64,000 nucleotides of DNA from a virus, in IMG/VR virus record IMGVR_UViG_3300046683_000929, positions 1-64,000 of that record, one strand, 5' to 3'. The position numbers and the translations under genes were made by a program. This document shows positions 20,279-30,294 of this stretch, piece after piece. The stretch's first letter is position 1; each line of letters starts with the position of its first letter. Below the pieces are notes generated by a model. That model saw nothing but the letters and a program-made list of their open reading frames with translations. It was not told where the DNA came from and searched no databases.

Positions 20279-23200
20279 ATATTGTAACCATTCTTAAAAA
20301 GCCCATAACCGAAGAGATAATCGAAGCTATGGGCTTTACCGACTACGACGACGAGCACTGCACCTGGGGAAATAGAAGATTATTTTTCGGAGCCGGCAGT
20401 AAGATAAGTGGCGACCCATGGTATCAACTTCAAATTATTGACTACGAAGATTGGCCAGATGAACATGAACCAGAGTTTAATGATTGCTTTTATTATTCTG
20501 GTTGGTTTGAATTGATAAAGGATTTTCGCACAGATGGAAACTGGCGGCTTAATACAGTAAAGGACATATATAAAATCATTTATCTATATCACCGTGAGTG
20601 GCTGCCAGAATTCAAACAGATACTTTTAAAACTTAAATAATATTGCCATGCCAATTTTTCCTCTTGTTGACCCGGATTCAAATCTACCAGAAGGATACTT
20701 CCCAGACAACGCATTATACCATAGTAAAATTACAGGCGCCTCCGTGCCTATTAAAGTCAAAAGGGCTTTCACCACTTCATGTATGTATGGGAAACGGCAT
20801 ATAGTCATCGAAAGCGAAATGGGCAACCGGTATCTTCCGGAAGAATTAGAATTTTTAATCATTAAAACACCATGAGAGCAATTCATTTCCCACAATCAAA
20901 CAAAACCTACGTCAAACCGCCCAGTATGACCGATGAAGAGTGCTATCCTGTATCAGTGTATGAACATAAAGATGCAGAAGGCAATATTGAGTTCATTAAC
21001 ACAGTCTGGCAGCCAAACAAAGAGGATATCGAAGCCATAAATGCCGGCAGGCCCGTAGTAATGAATATGCGGGCTGGCTTTCTGATACCCCATGCCCTTT
21101 ATACCTGCGACGAGAACGGAAATATTAACGAGTAATCCAATGCAATATATACTCACAGAAAGCAACCATCTACTTGGATTAAAAGGGATGCTAATTGCAA
21201 GAGAAGAATATATTGCAGTTCCTTATTATGACCGAGCTCTGTTTCAAATTGCCCAGGAAGAATCCGAATATGCCTTTCAAGTTGTAGCCGACTATGGCAA
21301 TAAAGAAGTAAAATATTTTATTCGGCACGCTATGGCTCTTGAAGAATGGATGGATGAAACGCACCTTGATCGATCCGTTGCTGAATGCTTTGCGCAGCTT
21401 AAAAAACATGGCAAATACATTATCAACTTACCATTAATCTCCTACACTTTTACTAAAACACCATGAAAACAACACTCATTATCACCGCAATTTTAGAAAA
21501 TATACTGCTCGGGGTAATAGGCATGCAAGTTATCAATTGCCTGAATCCACCACACCTTACATTGCTTTTAATTGGATGGGATTTGTATATCATCATCAAA
21601 ATGGGCAATACAAATATTAATAAATAAACCAAAAAAATCACACCATGCATTTTAAAGTAATTAAAGGAACACCGCTATTCGACACCCTTATGGGTGTACA
21701 CGAAAAATTACAAGAATCACATAAAGCTATCAAAGCTCTTTGTAAAGAAGTAGGCGCTGATGGACATGCCGAAGCCAGCTACAGTTATCTAAAAGGCGAT
21801 ATAGCTGCATTCCATTTTGAGATGTGTCGCCCGCCATCGGACGTCTGGATGAAAAAACAAGGATGTTTCTTTATGCCAAAATCCGGCAAGAAGTTTATAG
21901 AAGAAACGGGGCATATACTGCAAAAAATAAAAGAAATCCCTAAAGTTAAAAAAGAACTCTTGATGGATGCTATACAGGCAAAGGAACAATGGTATAATGG
22001 ACTGACACTATTTTCTCGCCCCGGATTTGCGGTCTATCCTGAATACATTCTTTTCTCTTTCCCAAGCGAAGTTAAATATGAGCCCGTTGAAGGAATGGTA
22101 GAAATACTGGGATCGGAATTTACTGCGCTATCTAAAAAAGAAGAAGCTCTTAAATATCAAGATTAACCGCAACATCATGAATAAACACCGTTTCTTTACA
22201 AGATGCATGGCCTGTTTTTTTGGTCATAAGTGCGATAAGGTACATATCCCGCGAAAACTCAAAAATAAGCTCAAATCTGTTCTTGTTCTCGTTGGTAAAA
22301 ACCTACTCGGCCGGGAATATTACAGTGAAATATGCACCATTCAATCATCCATTAAGAAAATAACCCCTCTTCTTTCCAAACACAAATACCTTGTTAAATA
22401 CATTAAACAAATAGATCTGCTAATTAAACATGCCTGGGACTACGACGGAAACGAACCTCGTATAGATGAAAAAGGGGATCTGGTTTGGCTCTGGGAGGAT
22501 GACGGCGACTATGGCGGCACAAGCGGACATATGAAAACATGCTACACCAAAGAAGCTGCCGGTAAAACATGGGCCTATTCAGCACTTTCAGATGTTTTTG
22601 AAAGTATGTATTCAATGGAATTGCCTGCCTGCATTAAAAGCGATAACGATTTGCTTAAATACATCAAAACTTACCCACCTTACAGTATAAATTAAAAACA
22701 TGAAAAAATCAATCTTAATTACCGTAGCAATAGTAGCTGTATCCATGCTTGCAAATGCCCAATTAACATTCAGTACCGCAGCCAGCGATGAATCAACCTA
22801 TGTCCTGTCAACCTTCTTTTTTAAAAATAGCAGCTACAAGGTTCTGGATACCACCTATTCTATTAAAGACAGCCTCCCTATGCGAACAATACGCTCAAAA
22901 TTTAAAGAGTCAGACAGAAACCGTTCGCCGGGTAAATGGATGATGACCACCGAAAATTGCACCTGGAGCGAAAGGAATCAGATGTTTATATTCTACTCTG
23001 CAAGTATTGAGCCATATGTGGAACCATTAACTTACACACCTAACTACATTAACGAAGATCGGTTTTATTTAAGTCAACCACATCCATTCTGGCAGAAAAT
23101 TACACCCACTAAACCTAAAAATAAAAAATAACCATGAACAGCACCATCAAAATAGAAAAGTTCGGCGAGAGACTTATTTGTATTGGAGGAATAGGCCATA

Positions 23201-23816
23201 TGTTCCATCAACATGGGTTTCCGTTGGGTATGTCAGCTAAAGAACTTCAAAAAAAGGGGATTGAACTTAGCTGGTTTCATGTAATCAAAGAACTTTATTT
23301 TCAATATACCGAAAATGACCGGCTCTATAATAAAATAAAGCATGAGATTGAGGACTCAAGCGTAGAGGGGATATCTGTTGACCTCAAAGAAATCGAACGA
23401 TTTATATACGCAGATACTGAAACTCAAAGAGAAATGATATTTGATTTTCTTTTTAAAGGAGACGTTAAACTTCAAAAAGACTTCCTAATTTATAAATCAT
23501 TATCTTAATGGAAGAAGATATCCGCAAACTTCCCAAAGCTCAGCTTGACCTTATAGATCATGATATTTATAAATGGCATTGTTGTGCAGAAGGATGTAAA
23601 GGATTTACCAGGATAAGAGATTATGGTGAATCGCCGTTTTATTATCATCGAAAAGGATGGTATGATCTTACTCATTATTGGTGGCTATGTAGTAAACATT
23701 GGCCAATGGATAAAAAGGGGATTCAGTTCCCTTTAAAAGAAGATTACTACGGAATATCTAATATTATCTTCGAAAAATCAGTAACCTTTTTAGGAACACA
23801 GTCGGAACAAACTTAA
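20275..23816 (+). other. Array of small hypothetical genes
   Basis: ORFs 20275-20640, 20648-20875, 20872-21135, 21645-22166, 22177-22695, 22700-23131 (signal peptide ANA-Q), 23134-23508, 23508-23816. Confidence 0.7.
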
Positions 23817-23917
23817 CTTCACATTCACATGGACCTCCTGCAATTATTAATTCTAATCTTATGCTTCCTTATATATTTTGCAGGCATAAGCACACCAATT
23901 TTCCCATATCGTAAACC

Positions 23918-24439
23918 ATGAAAATACTATCACTACTACAGCCCTGGGCAACACTTGTTGTTACCGGCGCTAAACTCGTTGAAACACGCAGCTGGCAAAC
24001 CCCTTATCGCGGGCCTGTTTTTATTCATGCCTCCGGCGATCTTAACAAGAAATTCAAAGGGATGGATATTACGCCGGCACTAACATCCTTATGCCCCCAT
24101 TTTAAAGATTTCATCAAGCCACAAACCCTCCAGTTCGGCAGAATAGTCGGCATGTGCGAAATTGTAACATGCGTTCGCACGGAGGATATCGCCCCCACAC
24201 TTTCCGAACAGGAATTAGCTTTTGGTGACTATACCAAAGGTCGCTGGGCTTGGCAGCTTAGCAATCATGTATCCTTTGATCACGCCATTCCTATCAAAGG
24301 ACAACTGGGTCTTATCAAATTCGTACTCGAAACCAGGTGCAAGATGTGTGATAGCGGGCACTTCCCTACTGATAAATTTCATGTAGTTTGGGTCGCAGGT
24401 AAAAAACAAGAAGTTATACGTTGCCAAAATATATTGTAA
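23918..24439 (+). CDS. ASCH domain protein
   Basis: LSLLQPWATLVVTGAKLVETRSW...RGPVFIHA...IKGQLGL. Confidence 0.9.
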   Translation: MKILSLLQPWATLVVTGAKLVETRSWQTPYRGPVFIHASGDLNKKFKGMDITPALTSLCPHFKDFIKPQTLQFGRIVGMCEIVTCVRTEDIAPTLSEQELAFGDYTKGRWAWQLSNHVSFDHAIPIKGQLGLIKFVLETRCKMCDSGHFPTDKFHVVWVAGKKQEVIRCQNIL

Positions 24440-24464
24440 TCATTTCACTACATATAACAAAATC

Positions 24465-25475
24465 ATGAGTAAGATAGAATGGACCGGGCTAACTTGGAAC
24501 CCTACAATAGGCTGCGACGAGTGTTCCCGAGGATGCCTTAACTGCTATGCCGCTGTAATGGCATATCGCTTAATGCATATACCAGGACAAAAAGAAACAT
24601 ACGCCGGCGTAGCGAAGAGACTACCCAATGGGCGACGAGTATTCACCGGACTTGTAAAAGAGCTTCCAGAGCGCCTAAAAGAACCACTGGCGAAGAAAAA
24701 GCCTACTGTATATTTCGTCGATAGCATGTCAGATCTTTTCCACAAGGATGTGAGCTTCAATTTCCAGTATAAAGTATTCGAAGTGATGCTCCTAACCCCA
24801 CAGCATACATACCAGGTTCTTACAAAACGACCAGAAATTGCTCGCAAAAGAATTCAGGATATCTGGTTTCATTTAAAACGCAATTACCCAAATATTGAAT
24901 TCCCACTTAAAAATGTGTGGGGAGGAACTTCGTGCGAAGATCAGAAAACATTAAATAGCCGCATGCCACACCATTTGGAAACCCCTTGGCACCTTCATTT
25001 TCTATCTTATGAACCAGCTATAGGACCAATTGATTTGCTAAAAATAGACAGCCAGGGCTTAGGCTACATGGATATTTTTGCTGAAAAAGAATTTGCCTAT
25101 TTATCTTCCTTATTCCTACCCGGCAATCCTAACTTTAAATATCAGCTAAGCTGGGTAATATGTGGCGGGGAAAGCGGTACTGGTAAACTTATTCAACCAA
25201 TGAAACCAGCCTGGGCCAGAAAGGTACGCGATGATTGCAAAAAAACCGGCACCGCATTCTTTTTTAAACAATGGGGCAACTGGTCGCCAACAGAAGACCA
25301 TAAAGGAAACCGTATAATAGGAACCAGATACGGAAGATTCGACGGCGATACATTTCTACCTGGTAATTGGGTAGTTACTGCATTTCCAGCTGATACTGTT
25401 TATATGACCCATGTAGGAAAACACCGGTCTGGATCTTTACTTGATGGAGTTGAACATAAAGAAATGCCTATATGA
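24465..25475 (+). CDS. Phage Gp37/Gp68 family (DUF5131), radical-SAM-like
   Basis: IEWT..TWNP..GCDECSRGCLNCYA, SMSDLFH, LTKRP, SYEP, WVICGGESG, FFFKQWG. Confidence 0.9.
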   Translation: MSKIEWTGLTWNPTIGCDECSRGCLNCYAAVMAYRLMHIPGQKETYAGVAKRLPNGRRVFTGLVKELPERLKEPLAKKKPTVYFVDSMSDLFHKDVSFNFQYKVFEVMLLTPQHTYQVLTKRPEIARKRIQDIWFHLKRNYPNIEFPLKNVWGGTSCEDQKTLNSRMPHHLETPWHLHFLSYEPAIGPIDLLKIDSQGLGYMDIFAEKEFAYLSSLFLPGNPNFKYQLSWVICGGESGTGKLIQPMKPAWARKVRDDCKKTGTAFFFKQWGNWSPTEDHKGNRIIGTRYGRFDGDTFLPGNWVVTAFPADTVYMTHVGKHRSGSLLDGVEHKEMPI

Positions 25476-26255
25476 GACTATTAACATTAGAAGAAATAGC
25501 TGAGATTGAAAAACAGCAAGGTGACATGCGCCAGATGACAAGAGAGCTTCTAAATGAAGTGTTTGTTTTCTACACGCCTGAGAGTAGAAATATGCTCTTA
25601 TCAAGAGGGATTAATTGGGAGTCATTCAAAATATTTGGGAGCCTTCAGCTATATGATTTCAAATATAATTATCTCAGAGAAATATACCCTAAAGGCTTTG
25701 TAGTAGAGCATCCAATTCCATTCACATTACCAGGCCCCAGAATATCACTTACCTTAAAGCCACAAAGACTCCACAAAGTTGAAATAAGCTTTAATATATA
25801 TCCCACCGGAATTGGATATGCCTTTGAATTGGAGATTGACTATATACGCGGACGTGATGATTTAGAGCATATATTTAAACAAGAAATTAAGCGATTTGAA
25901 ACATCGATTATTACTCAATTATTAACTGAACGATTTGAATCGTTTGCAAACTCAAAAAGATAATGCCAGAATTTGAAGTTAGATTTTCAGGCCACTCCAC
26001 AATAGTTGCGGATGACCTGGCCCATGCAGTAAAAGTATGGGATGCTATTAATGGTAATATTAAAGCCGCTCATGGAGTTTGGGTAGGGCCAGATAGATTT
26101 ACAGAATGCAGCAGCGCCAATGCACCAGCAGATGTAATCGGTATTTGTGAATGCTGCGGATATCCCGTTTTTGAAGATGAGGAATACGGAGTAGGTGAAG
26201 ATATTATAGCTCATGAACATTGTGAACCTCGCGATTATTAAACAAAACCCATAAA

Positions 26256-27167
26256 ATGGAATCAAAACCAATGACACCTAACGACGTTATTCGCTACCTT
26301 ATTCACCACATCAACTATGAGAACAAGGCCGAATTTTACAAACTTGCTGAGAAATATCTTTCGGAACTAACCGTTGGTGGTAAAAACTACCATAACATTC
26401 GAACTGTATTGAATCAGAAACCAATGAAAATGATGACACTTGAATCCTTAAGTAAGGATGTAAAGGCACTGATCAGCAGTGATCAGCAAAAGGATGAATT
26501 CGTTTTCTTAAACAGTGATATCGGGCAGTTAATCGAAGAAATACTTTTCGAGTGGGAAAATAAAGAAATCTATCAATACCACAATTTGAATATCCGGAAC
26601 AAAATACTCTTGCATGGGCCAACCGGCAACGGCAAAACTACTGTGGCCAGAAACATCGCAAAGCTTAGCAATTTACCGTTTGTCGAAGTCCGTAGCGATA
26701 TGATGATTGATAGCCATTTAGGAAACACCGGGCAAAATATCCATAAACTGTTTAACTCAATAAAGGAACCCTGTATCCTATTTTGGGACGAAGTTGATAG
26801 CATTGGAAAAAGAAGAGGCACCCGGTCAGACAACTCAGCAGCGTACGAAAACGAGCGCATGGTGAATAGCATCCTGGTTAATATTGATAAACTGGCCAAT
26901 GACGTAATATTCATTGGAGCCACAAATCGCCGCGACATTTTAGACGAGGCGTTTGTTCGTCGGTTCAATATACTTCACGAAGTGACTAACCCATCCCTTG
27001 AAGAAAAAGAAAGTTTTGCAGCCGGGCTTTTAGAATACCATAAAATGCCCGTAGCTAAAATTCATGTTGATCACCTTCTTAATTTTTCAGAAATCAAAGA
27101 ACATGTTATTGGCATAGCTCGGACATTTGTAATAGAACATCTACTAACAAAAAAAGCCAGCATTTAA
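26256..27167 (+). CDS. AAA+ ATPase
   Basis: Walker A GPTGNGKT, Walker B LFWDEVD, ATN...LDEAFVRRF SRH. Confidence 0.92.
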   Translation: MESKPMTPNDVIRYLIHHINYENKAEFYKLAEKYLSELTVGGKNYHNIRTVLNQKPMKMMTLESLSKDVKALISSDQQKDEFVFLNSDIGQLIEEILFEWENKEIYQYHNLNIRNKILLHGPTGNGKTTVARNIAKLSNLPFVEVRSDMMIDSHLGNTGQNIHKLFNSIKEPCILFWDEVDSIGKRRGTRSDNSAAYENERMVNSILVNIDKLANDVIFIGATNRRDILDEAFVRRFNILHEVTNPSLEEKESFAAGLLEYHKMPVAKIHVDHLLNFSEIKEHVIGIARTFVIEHLLTKKASI

Positions 27168-27178
27168 ACTGGCTTTTC
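27151..27178. terminator. Probable bidirectional terminator
   Basis: AAAAAA-GCCAG-catttaaa-CTGGC-TTTT between convergent ORFs. Confidence 0.5.
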
Positions 27179-27198
27179 AATCTAAAATATTTTATCTA

Positions 27199-27420
27199 TT
27201 AACCCAATGAAGTACCAGGCGTTTTGCTGGAGTTTCCATGGGCTTCAGCGCCAAGTAAATCCTGGTTACTGTAGCCAAACTGGCCAGACTGATTATGGTC
27301 TTCCTGCCATGCTCCATGTGCCTGGTGAAGAGATGTATCCGCGTAATCCACTACACGGCCCTCTGAATCGAATGTGTTTGCATGCGCCTTAGGCACTGTT
27401 CCTGAATGTACTGATCCCAT
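27199..27420 (-). CDS. Small Gly/His/Ser-rich protein on the opposite strand
   Basis: Good start context (AAAAAGTAGAAATC-ATG); fills the gap between + genes. Confidence 0.55.
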   Translation of the reverse strand: MGSVHSGTVPKAHANTFDSEGRVVDYADTSLHQAHGAWQEDHNQSGQFGYSNQDLLGAEAHGNSSKTPGTSLG

Positions 27421-27479
27421 GATTTCTACTTTTTAATGATGATAATACAATATTACACAATTAATTACTATTTAAGTTT

Positions 27480-27857
27480 ATGGAAATTTTAATTCTTGGC
27501 CCGGAAGAACGAGCCAAACTCAAAAAAATAGTCGACTATGCCCACGAAAACCCATATACCATGGATGATCTCTTGGACACAATTAATAACCCGGCAAATG
27601 CACCTGGCACAAAACCGGAATACCAATGCGAAATCCCGGAAGGATTTAAGGTTGTTTATAGCGTTAACTGCCTGCCAGAAGGTAAAATTAGGCACCTCTC
27701 GATATCGATAAATAAAAAAAACACGATCCCTTCGGTTCAGTCTGTTGAAATGATCATGAATGCATGCGGGTTCAAAGAAGATCTTGGAGACTGCCAAATA
27801 AGGTTTGAAAAGTTAGAACCAGGCTACACCGCAGTAGAAATTGGAGAACTCATTTAA
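27480..27857 (+). CDS. Hypothetical protein (RHLSIS motif)
   Basis: 125-aa ORF. Confidence 0.75.
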   Translation: MEILILGPEERAKLKKIVDYAHENPYTMDDLLDTINNPANAPGTKPEYQCEIPEGFKVVYSVNCLPEGKIRHLSISINKKNTIPSVQSVEMIMNACGFKEDLGDCQIRFEKLEPGYTAVEIGELI

Positions 27858-27895
27858 TTAACTAAATTCACATAAAATCAATTAAAAAAAAACAA

Positions 27896-28189
27896 ATGAA
27901 AAAATTCCTCACCACCGCTGCATTGTTATCATGTTTAATTTTGACAGCATCGGCCCAGACAGCCTCGCCACGGCCTCCGGAAGAACCAATATACATAAAG
28001 GTACTGCCGAGCCAACTCAACCAATTACAGCAGATATTACAATTCAGCTTCCAGTGGCTACCTACCAGCGATGCAAAAGCCAAAGAGGTAGGTATAATAA
28101 TGCCAATAATACAACAATTGTATCCGCTATTGATCGCCGATACCGCGTACAAAAAAAAGACACTGACCCCACTGTCCAAGAAAAAATAA
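27896..28189 (+). CDS. Small secreted protein
   Basis: MKKFLTTAALLSCLILTASA-Q signal peptide. Confidence 0.7.
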   Translation: MKKFLTTAALLSCLILTASAQTASPRPPEEPIYIKVLPSQLNQLQQILQFSFQWLPTSDAKAKEVGIIMPIIQQLYPLLIADTAYKKKTLTPLSKKK

Positions 28190-28196
28190 ACCACAT

Positions 28197-28230
28197 AAAA
28201 AATGCCCGGCTAATTGTCGGGCATTTTTTT
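28197..28230. terminator. Bidirectional terminator at the convergence of the two genome arms
   Basis: AAAAATGCCCGGC-taatt-GTCGGGCATTTTTTT. Confidence 0.85.
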
Positions 28231-28753
28231 ATTGTTGGATCATCGTATTTCTCAACGGAGGCGATGCTTTTTCTTCTATAGGAGGTTCAGGCTCTGGCTG
28301 CTCAATTGATTCGGTAATTACCGGCGTACGATCACTACCTTCCTGATCAACAGCTACCACTACCGGAATATCTTTTACAACGGGAATATCCTCGGCTTTA
28401 ACCGGCACCTCCGCTGCTTTAACATTTGCCACAGAAGCATCAACGCTTGCTTTAACTTCAGCATATTGATTTTTTAGATCCTGGGCTAAGGTTATATAGT
28501 CTTGAAGATTGGCATCTGGCTTAGCCAGCGCAGATGTGTCTTTTACCGCGAACTGAGGCAGCGCCACCATACCACCTGAAAGGCCCGCCAATATGCCAAG
28601 CCAGGATTGCGGGAAATCGGGGAATTGTGCCTTAATGGTTGCCGCGATAAGCCCAAGCAAAAGGCCTATATATCCTATTACTTTCCAAAAAATTGGACTA
28701 TCGGCCAATAACCGCTGCTTTAGGGTTAATGGTGGTTCTGGTTCTACTGCCAT
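28229..28753 (-). CDS. Putative holin
   Basis: Two N-terminal TM helices after RLLADSPIFWK, acidic tail; last gene of the late arm. Confidence 0.55.
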   Translation of the reverse strand: MAVEPEPPLTLKQRLLADSPIFWKVIGYIGLLLGLIAATIKAQFPDFPQSWLGILAGLSGGMVALPQFAVKDTSALAKPDANLQDYITLAQDLKNQYAEVKASVDASVANVKAAEVPVKAEDIPVVKDIPVVVAVDQEGSDRTPVITESIEQPEPEPPIEEKASPPLRNTMIQQ

Positions 28754-28798
28754 CTTTTTTTTATTATGAAATTATTAATTAACTTTTTATATAAATAC

Positions 28799-29008
28799 CT
28801 ATTTTAAATCCTTTATTTTTTCTTTTAGATAATCGTTTTTGTCTCGTTCCTGATCTAATTGGTGTAAAAGATCACGAATCTTATCCTCCTTTAGTTTACC
28901 CATCGCATCATTTATTTTATTATCAACAGCTTGCATAATTATAAACCACGCGCCGCCCGTAACAGTGCAAGCTATGCCAATAACCCCTACCCAGTCCCCT
29001 GATGTCAT
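28799..29008 (-). CDS. Small membrane protein with coiled coil
   Basis: One TM helix followed by a heptad-rich tail. Confidence 0.6.
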   Translation of the reverse strand: MTSGDWVGVIGIACTVTGGAWFIIMQAVDNKINDAMGKLKEDKIRDLLHQLDQERDKNDYLKEKIKDLK

Positions 29009-29403
29009 GCTGTTAATTCTTTACGTGCTATAATATCTGGTGTGAAATGACTAATCCACTCCATCAATCTATCAGGCCAATATCCCCCGTCCTTCCGTAC
29101 AACCCCATCAACCCTATACCAAAATAATTGCTCATAGATAAGAGGCGTGAACGCGGCCGAGACTACTATTATGCGTATTCCAGGATATTCAGCGCGCATC
29201 ATCTTAATAGCATCCATTGGATTATAATTGGCCATCCTTAAGTCACTTATGACCAAATCAATATTCTTCGATAGGGATGATAGAAATTCATTTGCCTCGG
29301 TAAAGCATTGCAGCTCATATAACGGATTATTACGTAATAATTCTTTAACTGCGATCACATCGCCTTCATTATCTTCTACAAGATTGATTATTACCTTAAT
29401 CAT
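29005..29403 (-). CDS. Stand-alone response regulator receiver (REC) domain
   Basis: LVEDN acidic pocket, VISDLRM phospho-acceptor Asp, IIVVSA, VVRK. Confidence 0.85.
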   Translation of the reverse strand: MIKVIINLVEDNEGDVIAVKELLRNNPLYELQCFTEANEFLSSLSKNIDLVISDLRMANYNPMDAIKMMRAEYPGIRIIVVSAAFTPLIYEQLFWYRVDGVVRKDGGYWPDRLMEWISHFTPDIIARKELTA

Positions 29404-29696
29404 GACCTGCGCATTTCCTTATAAATATCCGTAACTGTAGTATTGAAAGTGTGAATTTCGCCTTCCATTTTATTTTTAAACGAAGTAAATTCATTTTTAT
29501 ACTCGGATAGTGAACTTTCAATGGTAGCCCTTACCACATTTTCAATAAACTCCTGTTTTTCCGTCTTTTTATTTTTAAAATAAGCATTTATATAAGTAAT
29601 AAATGCGACAAGAAATCCAAACACGCCGAGTGAAACTTCGATTATTTTTGTGAGGTCTACGTTGTTGTCCAATTTTTTAGTCTTTAAATATGTCAT
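29400..29696 (-). CDS. Membrane protein with coiled coil (lysis-associated?)
   Basis: One TM helix plus coiled coil. Confidence 0.6.
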   Translation of the reverse strand: MTYLKTKKLDNNVDLTKIIEVSLGVFGFLVAFITYINAYFKNKKTEKQEFIENVVRATIESSLSEYKNEFTSFKNKMEGEIHTFNTTVTDIYKEMRRS

Positions 29697-30045
29697 TTTT
29701 TATGCCGGTAAATAAAATAATAATGGTCGCTATACAAACGGCGCTATTATAAACAGTAAATGCTAATACCGGGCTTTTTAAATGTAACTGATACGTAAAT
29801 GTAATTAAAAAAACATTTACAAGTACAGATATTTTACCGATAATATTGAACTGTTCATGCAGCCAGGTTTTATACCGCAATAACTCGTCCAAAATTAAAA
29901 ATGCAACCATTAAAGCCATTGGCCAATAAAATCCATACAGTTTCAACCAATATAGCTTACCTATATCATTGTAAAACCTATATATGTACACGTTTACACT
30001 CATACAATACAAACATAGGCCAGACGCTGTTATTATACCTCTCAT
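29677..30045 (-). CDS. Multi-pass membrane protein
   Basis: About four hydrophobic segments. Confidence 0.6.
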   Translation of the reverse strand: MRGIITASGLCLYCMSVNVYIYRFYNDIGKLYWLKLYGFYWPMALMVAFLILDELLRYKTWLHEQFNIIGKISVLVNVFLITFTYQLHLKSPVLAFTVYNSAVCIATIIILFTGIKNDIFKD

Positions 30046-30278
30046 CCTGGGTCTTTAACGCATTCGCCCGTTTGTGGATCACGAATATATCCTGCAGGAC
30101 AAAGCTTTGCTACAACTTCTTCCGTAATGGGAACCGCAGCTTCGGCTATAGTTTTTGCATGCTTATGCAATATGGCTTTAACAGCTGATTCTGCCAACTG
30201 CGGAATTTCCTTTATTACAATACCTGCTAATCCCGCAAAGAAAGCATCTAATATTGGATTTGATTTTTGATCTGACAT
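30042..30278 (-). CDS. Small protein with C-terminal Cys loop
   Basis: CPAGYIRDPQTGEC. Confidence 0.6.
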   Translation of the reverse strand: MSDQKSNPILDAFFAGLAGIVIKEIPQLAESAVKAILHKHAKTIAEAAVPITEEVVAKLCPAGYIRDPQTGECVKDPG

Positions 30279-30294
30279 TTTATATTTGTTTTAA

